In this document: in pieces, positions 11,471-24,338 of the stretch
Numbering within the stretch: the stretch's first letter is position 1
Layout: each line of letters begins with the position of its first letter
Translations under genes and position numbers: made by a program
NCBI GenBank assembly: GCA_002269645.1
Contig: NIVC01001815.1
Span: 1-64,000 of the forward strand
Direction of reading: 5' to 3'
Length of the DNA: 64,000 nucleotides
From: Macrostomum lignano
Lineage: Eukaryota
The notes under the pieces: generated by a model
What the model was told of the DNA's origin: nothing
Seen by the model: only the letters and a program-made list of their open reading frames with translations
The model's database searches: none

Positions 11471-14400
11471 TCACACGTCCATTGTCTGGCCGCCAGCAGC
11501 TGGGCCTTGGCCCGATGCCGCCCCATCGGTGGGCCTCGACTCGCAGCAGCAGCAACGAGACGAGCAGACGCAGCAAGAGCAGTATTGAGCTGCCCGTTTC
11601 ATCAGCTTCTGGCGATGCTCCTGACGCTGATGTTGCCGATCTGACAGTTTCATCTTCTTGAGCCGCTTCAATCGCTGCACGCCGGGGTCTGACACAGTTG
11701 ACTTCAGCGGCGTTGACGGCTTAAAAGCTGCGACCGCATCTGCTGCTGCTGCTGCGTTGGCTTCGCCCTCAACTTCGACAATGTTGTCGAGACTGTGCAC
11801 GCTGTGTCTAACCAGCAGATTGTTCAGTGTGCGATTTTTCTTCATCCGGCCCTGGTAGACGTCTCTGTGCTCTTCGCTATAGCGGCCGAATATCACAACT
11901 AAAGCTCCGAATACGGCGAAAGCGGTAAGGCTGAGCAGGAACGAGCTGAGCTTCACGTACAGCGGGTAGCCGGTGTAGCGCGAATGGGTCCAGATGTCCT
12001 TAGACAGAAGGGTCTCGCCGTCTGGCGCAAAAGTCTGATTTCTGTACTCATAGTTAAGCGTGTGATTGTCGCTGCTGCAATCTACTAGTGCGAGTTCGGT
12101 CTCGTTGTGCACGGTGTAGATGGAGCCGTAAGGTCCGACGTATTGGCCGTATTCGCAGGGCGAGTAGATCATCTGATAAACGGGTTGAGTATTGGTATGA
12201 TTAGCAGAGTGAAGAAGAGCATGCTTGCAAAAATTAAAAATAGCTTGCTGGCAAAAGCTTTGGGGTTTGTCAAGCTTGGTGTTTGTGAAGTATAGGGCTT
12301 GTCAAGCTTGGTGTTTGTGAAGTTTAGGGCTTGTCAAGCTTGGTGTTTGTGAAGTATAGGGCTTGTCAAGCTTGGTGTTTGTGAAGTATAGGGCTTGTCA
12401 AGCTTGGTGTTTGTGAAGTTTAGGGCTTGTCAAGCTTGGTGTTTGTGAAGTTTAGGGCTTGTCAAGCTTGGTGTTTGTGAAGTTTAGGGCTTGTCAAGCT
12501 TGGTGTTTGTGAAGTTTAGGGCTTGTCAAGCTTGGTGTTTGTGAAGTATAGGGCTTGTCAAGCTTGGTGTTTGTGAAGTATAGGGCTTGTCAAGCTTGGT
12601 GTTTGTGAAGTTTAGGGCTTGTCAAGCTTGGTGTTTGTGAAGTTTAGGGCTTGTCAAGCTTGGTGTTTGTGAAGTATAGGGCTTGTCAAGCTTGGTGTTT
12701 GTGAAGTTTAGGGCTTGTCAAGCTTGGTGTTTGTGAAGTTTAGGGCTTGTCAAGCTTGGTGTTTGTGAAGTATAGGGCTTGTCAAGCTTGGTGTTTGTGA
12801 AGTTTAGGGCTTGTCAAGCTTGGTGTTTGTGAAGTATAGGGCTTGTCAAGCTTGGTGTTTGTGAAGTTTAGGGCTTGTCAAGCTTGGTGTTTGTGAAGTT
12901 TAGGGCTTGTCAAGCTTGGTGTTTGTGAAGTTTAGGGCTTGTCAAGCTTGGTGTTTGTGAAGTTTAGGGCTTGTCAAGCTTGGTGTTTGTGAAGTATAGG
13001 GCTTGTCAAGCTTGGTGTTTGTGAAGTATAGGGCTTGTCAAGCTTGGTGTTTGTGAAGTTTAGGGCTTGTCAAGCTTGGTGTTTGTGAAGTATAGAGCTT
13101 GTCAAGCTTGGTGTTTGTGAAGTATAGGGCTTGTCAAGCTTGGTGTTTGTGAAGTTTAGGGCTTGTCAAGCTTGGTGTTTGTGAAGTATAGAGCTTGTCA
13201 AGCTTGGTGTTTGTGAAGTATAGGGCTTGTCAAGCTTGGTGTTTGTGAAGTTTAGGGCTTGTCAAGCTTGGTGTTTGTGAAGTTTAGGGCTTGTCAAGCT
13301 TGGTGTTTGTGAAGTATAGGGCTTGTCAAGCTTGGTGTTTGTGAAGTATAGGGCTTGTCAAGCTTGGTGTTTGTGAAGTTTAGGGCTTGTCAAGCTTGGT
13401 GTTTGTGAAGTTTAGGGCTTGTCGAGCTTGTGCACGTAGAAATAGGAGATTTCGGCTACGCATTTCCAACCCCTTAATCTAATTATTCTTCTAAACCCCA
13501 AAACCTGACTAACCTGATTCTTCCACATGTTCAAATCCAGACACATAACTACGAACAGTACTCCATAGTTGAACCATTTCCCGGTGATATGCACCGTCCA
13601 AACGTCGTCGTCGACAATCCGTTTAAACCAGTCCGGTATGCGGATATCGAACGCGTAGATAGCCTTGGCTACGCCGGGCAGCCGAACGTCAAGGCTGTTA
13701 GTGAAGTTAGGAAAGTCCCAATCCTGCATGACAATCAGCAGGTCAAGGCTCAGAATTGATGCAGCTAAGAAAGCCCGCGACAGTTCGTTTGACGGAGCAA
13801 AGCCCCTGTTGAGGTAGTCCCAGCGGATGATGTCGGTGCAGATCACTGTGATAACGGTGGTGCACAAGCTGATTAGCAGCAGCCAGAACATGACGATCCG
13901 AGTGTAGCCAGAGCGCCACCACTGCCGGATGAAGCGGTTCCAGCTTGGATAAAGACGCTCCTGCAGCATCATGTCGCTCACCATCCAGGCGGTCATGAAG
14001 TCGCCAAGCCAGGTGCCTGTGGCTGCCATCTTCATGAACGTGGAGTTCTTGATGCCCATCTGCATACTGATGAGATAGGGGATGTTGGACGTGCCGCCGA
14101 GGGTCAGCAGGAAAGCGTTGTAAATGTTGGAGAAAATGTACACGGATATGATGGTTGAGAACCACATTGTCATCCAGGAGCCTTCGTCGTTAGCAAACAT
14201 TTTCAGCCGAAACCAACGGTCTGAAAGTTGTAGGTTTGTACAATTCTTGTTTAATACATTGGATATTTTTAGCCACCCAGCGAATTTGCCGATGATTCTG
14301 CCACTTCACCTAAACAATTTAAACAAATAAGCAAAGAGTTTGACTTAAGACAGTCTCACTGAACACAAATACGTGACACAGTTTTCCAGCGATGATGCCA

Positions 14401-15470
14401 ACCAGGATTCCCAGCAGCCACATGATCACTTTGAGCAGACTCCATGCGTTGGGCGGATACCGGCTGAAAACGAATGCGAACACGTTGCCTAACACGGGGA
14501 TGCTGCACACCTGCGACGAGTCGGCTATGGGATCCTCGGCGTAGATTAGGAAGTTAAGAAAAACGACTAGTAAAGTGCAGATCATGCGCAGGTAGGGATG
14601 CTGAAAGTAGAACCTAGCATCGTGCACCATGTACAGCGAGTACTGGCTAAGCCGATCAATGTCTACGGGGTCAATGGTCGAGCTGAACGAGCCAGGCCGG
14701 TTCAGACAGGACGGCGTGTGCAAGTGCCGAGCCGATGGCGAGCCCTGGGACCCATCGGCGCCGGTCGTCACCGGTGCCTGCGACCTGGATGATGACACAA
14801 CCGAAGAAGAGTCATCGTTTTCAAAGATGTCCTTGTTATCGTTGGCGTTGTCGTCCTTGGTAGCCGACGTTGTTGATGGCTCAGCCACCTCCGTCTGTGT
14901 CTGTGACTCCGGTCCCGGCGCCGCGCTGTCCTTAATGCCTTCAACGGAGTCGTCACCGACGGATGTCAATCTTCCACTGGCCTCGGCATCGTCGGCTGTT
15001 GCGGCGGCAGAAGCTGCCATTGCAGCAGCCGCAGCAGCCGCCTGAGCAGTCGATGGTACCGACATTTGGCGCCTGTGCCGCGCCGGAGGCCCACGCCGCC
15101 CGAGTTCGAAGACGACTCCACTTTCACCAGTGCCACCGCCGCTGCTGCCATTGCCACCGTCAGCGATGTCAGACAGCTGGCGCATCAACGAACGCCGTCT
15201 GTACGATGTGGACTGATGTTCTTGGTGCTGCGCCAGTGCCTGTTGTTGCCTAGGCAACCTCTGCCCCGGCGTTGGGCTGCAAACTGCCGAGTTGGGCGCG
15301 GTTGGCCCAGTCCGCTTCTCACGCACCTTTAGCCGGCCGGCGTCGCGCCATTTGATTGACATCCGCCTAACCAACTCACGGTCGCTCAAGCTGGTTGCTA
15401 GGTCGACCATCTCAGCTGGCGGCTGCGGCTGCGTTGGCTCCGCGGAAGCCGCATGCTGCTGAGCAGCCAT
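11471..15470 (-). CDS. TMEM117: Transmembrane protein 117 homologue; exons 15470-14360, 14220-13514 and 12172-11471 (839 aa)
   Basis: Motifs RFYFQHPYLRM, AEDP, GSWMTMWFST, GTWLGDFMTAWMVSDMMLQ, DLLIVMQDWDFP, HITGKWFNYG, DLNMWKNQ and EYGQYVGP match TMEM117 as I recall it. Canonical splice sites restore one frame (2520 nt). Confidence 0.92.
12262..13429. repeat. 32-bp minisatellite AGGGCTTGTCAAGCTTGGTGTTTGTGAAGT(A/T)T, ~36 copies, in TMEM117 intron 2
   Basis: Direct reading; the period is 32 (GTCAAGCTT at 12301 and 12333). Confidence 0.95.
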
Positions 15471-17291
15471 GAAACGGGCTGGCGTGACTGACTGAGATTG
15501 AAGAGAGTTGAGTTTGCTACTGCTGTCTATATGTCACAATTGATTCGCGCTGTGTGCTGTCCAAAAAGACGGCGCCCCGCTTTAGGCGGCCACTTTTCTA
15601 TCACGGCGCCTGGAATGTTGAACGGGTTGCAGACTCAGCAATGGGAGAAAATAGCATGGATTAAATGCGCTATTAGGGACGGAAGCCCTCAGACTAACGG
15701 ACTGGCTGGCCCCCGATTCCAATAGCTCGTATTAGAAGCAAGCGTGATGCGGGCCAGTTCTAGGGACAGAAAAATAGGAAAGCAATGGTGTGTTCTATTA
15801 ACTAATAGGGTGACGCGCAGATATGAAACTGCGCAGCAGTCGCGCAATCGAGTCGCTCACGAATGGACTGAGTCTGAGAGAAAGACAAGGGGAGATGTGG
15901 AGCGCATTTCATTTCCTAACGTCAATTCAGAGCACCACTTAATAATTCTATACTGGCTTCCAGCTTCCTTTCCTAGATCCCTCCGTACGCCCGTCTATTC
16001 AATACCCGGGCAATGCTATCTGGCACATACTGATGGCAAGGCGAGAAAACTGAGGTGAGCTGAGCTGAATGGGCAGAGAGAGAGAGAGTATCAGCATATA
16101 GCTTATCGGAGACTTCCATGCCATCGAAAACTGCCCACTCCTCATAGAATAGAAATCCGTCAGCGTCATACGTCACGCAAGTAGCTCGGCTCCGAGTCTG
16201 CATCTGACAGGCAATGCGTCTATAAAGGTGCGAATGGAAAATTTGAGAATAGATGCGTGGGAAGACACGGGGAGAGGCGGCGCGGGAAGTATCTACCGTC
16301 TGAATCGGTCCATCGGGTTGGCTCATTTTTTTACTGTAAACTTTGCATAGATTTGAATGAACTCAACTAAACAGGCTACCCTAATTCCCTAACTCAGACT
16401 CCATTCTTTCTCGCTGCTAATACCTCCCCTCATTAGATAGATATAGATATACATTGCAGACAGCGAGCTACATCTACGAATCTGATAGGGATTTTTTTTC
16501 GCCCAGAGAAGTAGGAAAAAGCCGAGCGCTTCTATTCCAGTTGAGGGTAGGGAGAGAGAGAGAGAGAGAGACTGTCGAAGGCAAGACCAGCTATTGACGC
16601 GTCCGGAGTGCTGAGGCGGCGAGTAGAGATAGATAAGAAATAAGTGCACATAGGAAAGCAGGGAGACGAGAAACCAATTGGAGGGTGAACAGTAAGAAAA
16701 TCACTCAAAAAAGAGCATAGATACTGCGGGGGCGGTTCGGAGGCAGAACCGGAGACCGAGAAAAAGAGTATAGGCAGCTCTGCTGGCCAACAGGGTGACG
16801 GGATTACTGTACAAAAAGTCCTCCCAAATCGCCCCGCCCCCCGTCTGGGTTGGCAACCAGTGCTGCTACATCTGGCTGATAGTTATGCTTTCGGCAACAA
16901 TTTCTTATGAAGCACGATGCCCGTAGCTCAAAAGGGCTCAGCTGCCTTTAACCGACGCATAAGTGGTATTTGGCATAAGATAAGAAGCGCAAATTCTGTG
17001 CATTATACGAGTAAATAGACTCGGCAAATTTTTATTGCGCAGATCAATCGTATGCAGTTCAGACAAAATCCTCCGATTATATTTAACCATCCGCTAAATT
17101 AAAACAAAGTAAAAAAAGTTAAAGAACGTCGTACTCGATACAATGTGCGAAAAATTCGTAACAATAAATAATTCAGTAAACCTGTTAGATGTCTCCCTAA
17201 GGAACTTTATTTTTACACTGTTTTTAGACAGGTAACTGAGTCCATGTTTGGTGCAGAGCTCTGGGCTCGATTGATTCTAAAATGGGATTAG

Positions 17292-17745
17292 CTGATGCAG
17301 CACTAAGGACATCCAATGCAGTACTACAGGGCAATCTGATGCAGCACTAAGGACATCCAATGCAGTACTACAGGGCAATCTGATGCAGCACTAAGGACAT
17401 CCAATGCAGTACTACAGGGCAATCTGATGCAGCACTAAGGACATCCAATGCAGTACTACAGGGCAATCTGATGCAGCACTAAGGACATCCAATGCAGTAC
17501 TACAGGGCAATCTGATGCAGCACTAAGGACATCCAATGCAGTACTACAGGGCAATCTGATGCAGCACTAAGGACATCCAATGCAGTACTACAGGGCAATC
17601 TGATGCAGCACTAAGGACATCCAATGCAGTACTACAGGGCAATCTGATGCAGCACTAAGGACATCCAATTCAGTACTACAACTCCATCTGATGCAGCACT
17701 ACAGGGCCATCTGATGCAGCACTACAGGGCCATCTGATGCAGCAC
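17292..17745. repeat. 44-bp minisatellite (9 copies) followed by 23-bp derived units
   Basis: CTGATGCAGCACTAAGGACATCCAATGCAGTACTACAGGGCAAT repeats at 17292, 17336 and onward. Confidence 0.95.
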
Positions 17746-18659
17746 AAACGCCAACTCTTGCAGTGTGTGCGCTTGGACAAGAAATTGTGCATGGACATGA
17801 CAGTACGAGCGTACGCAGTACGCAGTTTACAGTACGCGAAAATCCAAGACGCTCCTATGATCAAATCTAAACTGCAACTGCAGCCACCACTCAAACCGAC
17901 ATAGATTAAAGCTGCAGGCGTTTAAAATATTTACATACAACCCGTGGAGGGTCTAAGAGGGCAGAGAGGCCAGAAAGAGAGGCGTTCGACAGGTTGAGTA
18001 GCTATCTAGAAAAAAACGAATATCTACGTAATGGATTGATCACGCTAGGGAGATCCCGGGAGACTAAGCTTCGAACGATACTCGTACCAGAAAATAATGG
18101 CGACGGCACGCTTCCTGCGTCAACGCTCGTAACTGAAACCGAACAAAAAACAGGCAATTAAAACAGCCCCTAGTTATCTAGCCAGGCCTAGCTATCTAGC
18201 CAGGAATCTAGCCAGGAATAAGCAGGCAAGACAGCGGTAGCCCATTCCAAATAATCCGCTCCGCCTTCGCTCTCTCTCTCTCTCCTCCCTCCCTCCTGCC
18301 ATCCAGCTAACACCAGCGTGCGGTCAGCAATAAATCTTACTATAAAAGTGTGCCAGCAATTCCTAGCTCTGGCCTCCCTTATAAATGCAACCTACACAGT
18401 CTGGTGGGAGAAATAAAAAAACTAGACAGGAGGGAGAGAGCGAGTGCAGAAGAAAATTCGATGGGAATCCCCCAGAGAGCGAGAAAGAAGGGGAAGCAAA
18501 GTTGGACGCTGCGATTTGAGGGAGCGTTAATTCTCTCGCTTTTTACAAAAGTCCCCTAAAATACACTTATAATAGTCGAGCCGCGTACTTTAATAATGCG
18601 TGTGTAAAATTCGTCACAAATTTTAGAGCATCAGACAAATTTAGACTTTATAGACAAAT

Positions 18660-18945
18660 AAATATTGGCAGGGCTGTGGGCACCCTGGCGACATGCCTTA
18701 GGCAACATCGTCTTACAACCAGCGCCAACGGAAATTCTGCCTGTTCTATGCAGGCACGCACTCATACACACGCTCACACAGGGTGTACAGCCGCCCTGAC
18801 ATGAATCTTCAGGCAAATGTACACTGTGCCTTGGGGGGGGGGGCGTCGGCTCTCATGGATGTGAATAGCAGCACATTTGTCATGGCCAATTTTTGGTGCA
18901 TAAGCCCCAGATGAATGTGGCCACACACGCAATCAAAGTAGGGGT
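18660..18945 (-). mobile_element. Diverged copy of the tRNA-derived SINE
   Basis: Shares GCAGGCAC..ACTCA..GTGTACA..ATGTACACT..GCCTTGGGGG with the copy at 21.6 kb. Confidence 0.6.
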
Positions 18946-20915
18946 TGTGGTGCAAGAGTCAGTTGCATTGAGTTACTGTGCTTCACTAAGCCTCTCTTTA
19001 CAGATATTGAGCGGGCCAGTGAGACAAAATAAAAAAAACAGAAAGATGAAAACACAAAAATCTTGCCAAAATTAAGCCAATTGTTGAAACTACTGAGCAA
19101 GCAAAAATCCAGGGGAGCAAGTAAATTTCTTATCCCCTCTACTGCTATCTTTGTTTGCTCAATCTGTCCTTCTTGAACCCTGGAATTGCTGAATAACAAC
19201 ATCTCTAGAAAATGAAAATGAACTTACGCAGGATGGTGATATGGCATGATGTGGCATTGCCTAAGAGGATAAAATATTATACAGGATAAGAATGTTAGGC
19301 AGCATAATAGATAGAAAACTAATTTGATATAAAGCTTATAGGCACTATGGATAAAAGATTCCAAGTAAAATAAATACTTAATTTATTTGTTAAAATTGCT
19401 TTATTACTCTATCTTAAACTATTCTATCTTGCTAAGTAAAACTTTTTATTTTGTTTTTAAACTAGTTTATAATATACCTTTAAAAATTATTGTCAATTTT
19501 ATATATGCCAAAATAGAGTTTTAAATGCAATAAGCTAATAAGGAGCTTAGATATAGATACATAAGTGGCCTGTCTTTGTAAATAGAAGTTAGCAAACTAT
19601 AGTTATACCTATTTTTTAATGATTTTTAAGAAAAATTCTGTATTGTTTATACTAGACAATATGAAAGTTAAATATTAGACTATAAGTTCTGTCTTAAATA
19701 AGACAATTCCAGATATTTAAAATTTGAAAGTGTAAAAAAATTATAAGTTATCTAATATCTATCCCAAATATTAGCAATGTCTTATTTTAAAATTAAGCTT
19801 ATACTAAGAAAACTAAATGTTATATTTATAGAATGTGAAAAAGTCTATTGAGGTTTTTGCATTTAATTTAATACATATATTGAATGTAGAATATTATATT
19901 GCTCTCTTTAGAGCATTAGTTTCTAACTTGTTACAAAAATGGTCAATACAATAAATTAAATGCTAAGAGACATTCAGTCATAAATTGTTTGAAGTAATTG
20001 AATCAATGAAAACTAATAATATTAATGTTTTGAGACCAAAGTATGAATGCGAAACTAGCAAGCAAACTTGTGTGTGCAGAATATATTACACAAAAAGCAT
20101 ACAAACAAAAAGAAAATATTTAAAAAATAAAAAAGTATTTGCTTCACAAAAGAAATAATGCATAAACAAGTAAAATATCTTGTAAATACGACGTACAGAA
20201 ACGAACACCACAAGCTCCTGCACCTTTACCAGGTAACATTGTCACTGATGGCATTTACTTAAATTGATCAAGTCTTGGTCGAGTGATCAGTGAGGCTCTG
20301 ATTGGCCTAAAGCACGCTTTTTTTACTTTTCAAATTAGAAATTAAATAAACATCACTTAAAAATATGCTACTCTAAGTTTTACCTATTATTTTACTTCAA
20401 TTTTTTTGCTGTATTTTTAATACTCTTATTATATAGTAATGATTACACTCAATTCGGTATTACCGCTTTTATTATAAACAGTGTTGTGCAAACTTCCGGC
20501 ACTTTAAGCATCGGAGGTTACTTTGGGGTCGATTTTTAGGTAAAAAGTGGGTCGACGTCTTATTTCAAAAATCTTTTAACAGGATAATTTGCCCATTGCT
20601 TATTTCATGGCGCGTTAATACAGATAGAATTAATATGTGATTATGGAGGCAGTAAAATTGTCCTGAAAGCCTCTCGCCAACTATATCTTATCACATTTAC
20701 TTTAAGTTGTCGTTACATGTGGCTTTGAGTCGTAAAAACCACTTTTAACAGTTCTAAAGTGATTTTGCTGTGAGCTCAGCAAGCCGCCTTCGAGATCGTC
20801 GGTTTCGTCCGACCAAGCAATCTTCTTGCGCCGTCGGCGGCTTCAACTGGCAGGCCAAATCATCAGCGCCGAGTCAACCGACACAAGGGCGTGTTTCGTC
20901 TAGTTCCCTGTACCG

Positions 20916-21039
20916 CCCGTACAGTAATCCGACGTCGTCGGCTGAATGTAGGTGTAATGTAAAATGCATATTTTTCCGCGATTTCGATTAGACGTCGTGA
21001 AATTCGTCCGACGTTGCCAACGTCGGTTTGCTGTACGGG
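20916..21039. mobile_element. 124-bp MITE-like element with 20-bp TIRs CCCGTACAG(T/C)AA(T/A)CCGACGT
   Basis: The inverted termini match with 2 mismatches; no clear TSD. A related solo end CCTGTACAGCAATTCGACGT occurs at 37655. Confidence 0.5.
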
Positions 21040-21444
21040 ACGCCTAGCCTGGCGTCTTGGATTCAGTCGTCATGCAGGCGTGTTCGCACACAAGCTTTTT
21101 AGACGTCAGAAGGAAGTCCTGAGGCCATCCTTGCATGCATAGATGCACTGATTACATGTACATATGACACTATTGATCTCCATAATTGAACAAACCGCGT
21201 CGTTTTATAGGTCAGCCTAACGTACCATATTGATAAAGTATTGAAATAATTGATGATATAAATAAGCTTTCTCGCCATACTTTCAAGTGTACAAATGTAA
21301 GGCAGGTCTCTAATTAGGCAAATCCGAATTTCCAAAAATGTTGGCCGCGCAAGTGTGAACTTGCTGACAAATTCCTTTAGAATTGAAAACTGCACTCGAT
21401 GAATGTTTATCAAATAATTCAACAACTACTGTTGAATTGCTGCA

Positions 21445-22955
21445 GCAGGGAGCACGACGTTTGCCCGCCGGAATTTTTCCCGCCGACGTTTGTCCGCCGG
21501 AAGTTTGCCCGCCGACGTTTGCTCGCCGACGTTTGCCCGACGACGTTTGCCCGCCGACGTTTGCCTGTCGACGTTTGCCCGCCGACGTTTATTTTTTTTA
21601 GAGGCAGGGGGGTTGTGTGCACCCTGGCGCACTTTAAGCGACATAGGCACACAACCGGCGAGAGGCATTACTGCCCATTCCGCCGACTCCCCTGAACAGG
21701 CGTACAAGCGCGCGGATACGTACGCAGGCACACACTCACACAGGAGTGTACAGCGGCCCTAACTTTATCTTATCGTTAGGCATGTACACTTCACTGCGCC
21801 TTGGGGGGTTGGCTCTCAAGGCCGTTAATTGCACGAGCAGAGCCAAGCCGAGATTCCAATTCAGCCCCAAATTAATGTGACTGCACTTGGAATCGAGCCT
21901 GGGTCGCTGGCACACCAGAGCAGCTGCGCTACCGCTGGGCTACGGCCCCCCAATGCCCACGGACGTTTGCCCGCCGCAGTTTGCCCGCCAACGTTTGCCT
22001 GCCGACGTTTGCCCGCCGGAACTTTGCCCGCCGACGTTTGTCCGCCGAATTTTGCCCGCCGACGTTTGCCCGCCGAACTTTGCCCGCCGACGTTTGCTCG
22101 CCGACGTTTGCCCGCCGAACTTTGCCCGCCGACGTTTGCTCGCCGACGTTTGCCCGCTGGCGTCTGCCCGCTGAATTTTGCCCGCCGGAACTACGAGCTA
22201 TATTAAAGTACTTAAGTATTTTCCACACGACCCTTCATTTCTCCGGAAACGTGTATCTTAACACAATTGGACGAGCTCTGCGAATAAAATTATCAGTCGA
22301 GTACTATTGGCTAGTACTAAACTGATGGTTTTTATAAAAAAAGGTGCTCACAAACTCAATCAATCTTTTTGTGTATAGCTTCATGTACGAAAAATTCATT
22401 TTTACATCGGCACGTAAGTATGTACCACGTTGGTATATTTGTTCGCAGACAAAACATGGGTCGCATTTTTTGAGACAAAATTAACATAACAGTATTTGGT
22501 TTAAAAAGACCTACATAAAGAACAATTTGTAAACATACATTGTTGAGCACATGAAATGGCTAATGCAAAGGTAGAGCACGAGCGCAACTTGCTCATGGGT
22601 ACACTACTAAAACGTTCTGTTTTATGAAAGATAAAAACCCGGTTAATGAGAAGGCAGAAAGGTAAAGGTAAAATTTACGTAACTCAGGCGCCATCTGACC
22701 GATTGATGTTTGGAGTAACAAAGGAGCTCGTCCAATTGTGTTAAGATACACGTTTCCGGAGAAATGAAGGGTCATGTAGAAAATACTTAAGTACTTTAAT
22801 ATAGCTCGTAGTTCCAGCGGGCAACATTCAGCGGGCAGACGTCAGCGGGCAAACGTCGGCGAGCAAACGTCGGCGGGCAAAGTTCCGGCGGGCAAACGTC
22901 GGCGGGCAAACTTCGGCGGGCAAAGTTCCGGCGGGCAAGTTTCGTAGCTCGCTGC
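21445..22955. mobile_element. Non-autonomous foldback element with long modular TIRs (14-15-bp GCCGACGTTTGCCC subrepeats plus a ~115-bp unique inverted segment)
   Basis: 22165-22278 is the near-perfect reverse complement of 22724-22840; the subrepeats are inverted at the two ends; TGCA flanks both termini; the centre is non-coding. Confidence 0.8.
21592..21950 (-). mobile_element. tRNA-derived SINE, full length, inserted in the left arm of the foldback element
   Basis: Minus-strand head GGGGCCGTAGCCCAGCGGTAGCG (A box) ... GGCTCGATTCC (B box), a ~270-bp body and an A-rich tail; near-identical copy at 48 kb. Confidence 0.88.
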
Positions 22956-23049
22956 TGCATGATTACTGCCAGTGGCGCATTTCATTTGAGGGGCAAAAAT
23001 TCATTTCAAGAGTTGCCATTTCATGTGGGGGCTTGGTACAGATAGGGTG

Positions 23050-23961
23050 TGGTGTCACTGATAATGAATAAATGCCCCTGATAAGGATGCGGTGTCACTG
23101 ATAAGGATGCGGTGTCACTGATAAGGATGCAGTGTCACTGATAAGGATGCAGTGTCACTGATAAGGATGCGGTGTCACTGATAAGGATGCGGTGTCACTG
23201 ATAAGGATGCAGTGTCACTGATAAGGATGCGGTGTCACTGATAAGGATGCAGTGTCACTGATAAGGATGAAGTGTCACTGATAATCATTAAATGCCCCTG
23301 ATAAGGATGCAGTGTTACTGATAAGGATGAAGTGTCACTGATAATCATTAAATGCCCCTGATAAGGATGCAGTGTCACTGATAAGGATGAAGTGTCACTG
23401 ATAATCATTAAATGCCCCTGATAAGGATGCAGTGTCACTGATAAGGATGCAGTGTCACTGATAAGGATGCGGTGTCACTGATAAGGATGCGGTGTCACTG
23501 ATAAGGATGCAGTGTCACTGATAAGGATGCGGTGTCACTGATAAGGATGCAGTGTCACTGATAAGGATGAAGTGTCACTGATAATCATTAAATGCCCCTG
23601 ATAAGGATGCAGTGTTACTGATAAGGATGCAGTGTCACTGATAAGGATGCAGTGTCACTGATAAGGATGCGGTGTCACTGATAAGGATGCAGTGTCACTG
23701 ATAAGGATGCAGTGTCACTGATAAGGATGCGGTGTCACTGATAAGGATGCAGTGTCACTGATAAGGATGCAGTGTCACTGATAAGGATGCGGTGTCACTG
23801 ATAAGGATGCAGTGTCACTGATAAGGATGCGGTGTCACTGATAAGGATGCAGTGTCACTGATAAGGATGCGGTGTCACTGATAAGGATGCAGTGTCACTG
23901 ATAAGGATGCAGTGTCACTGATAAGGATGCGGTGTCACTGATAAGGATGCGGTGTCACTGA
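23050..23961. repeat. 20-bp minisatellite GTGTCACTGATAAGGATGC(A/G) with 60-bp higher-order variant units
   Basis: Direct reading; interspersed ATAATCATTAAATGCCCCTG variants. Confidence 0.95.
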
Positions 23962-24338
23962 TTAACGATTTCGGAAGGCCAGAATATCGTCATTTTTAAG
24001 ACCAAATGTTTAGAAGAGGGTTATTAAAATTTCTATTTCAGTCGAATCTCATTGGCCCACCGGCCGTGGATAAATACGACGGCAACGGGCGCGGGGCTGA
24101 GAGCGCAGACCCCACTGTTCCTTCTACTGCAAACCTGTTGCTGAGGCAGAAAATTGAGTCAGTTGCTGCTCATCTATCAAATTTTAGGGAAGCTTTTTGC
24201 GCGTAAGTTTTCCATTTTGAAAAGAAGTCCTACAGATAATAGGAAATAAAAAATCATAATTAATCACTTCCTGATAACTTTGCGCCTCTTCAGAAACCAT
24301 CCGATCCGTTTGTCACTCGATCCACCTTTGTTCTCTTG

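Noticed and set aside
12262-13429. Regular 20-44-bp repeats as possible CRISPR arrays (also 17.3, 23.0 and 32.3 kb)
   Set aside because: The units are head-to-tail with no unique spacers, there are no cas genes, and the context is eukaryotic.
19200-20200. Very AT-rich islands (also 35.2-36.3 kb and 46.2-47.6 kb) as NUMT or horizontal transfer
   Set aside because: No recognisable mitochondrial or bacterial gene and no long ORF; consistent with intronic or intergenic DNA.
21875-21950. tRNA gene (also near 48270-48338 and 51390-51450)
   Set aside because: A and B boxes are present, but the cloverleaf is incomplete and continues into a SINE body with an A-tail and TSD.
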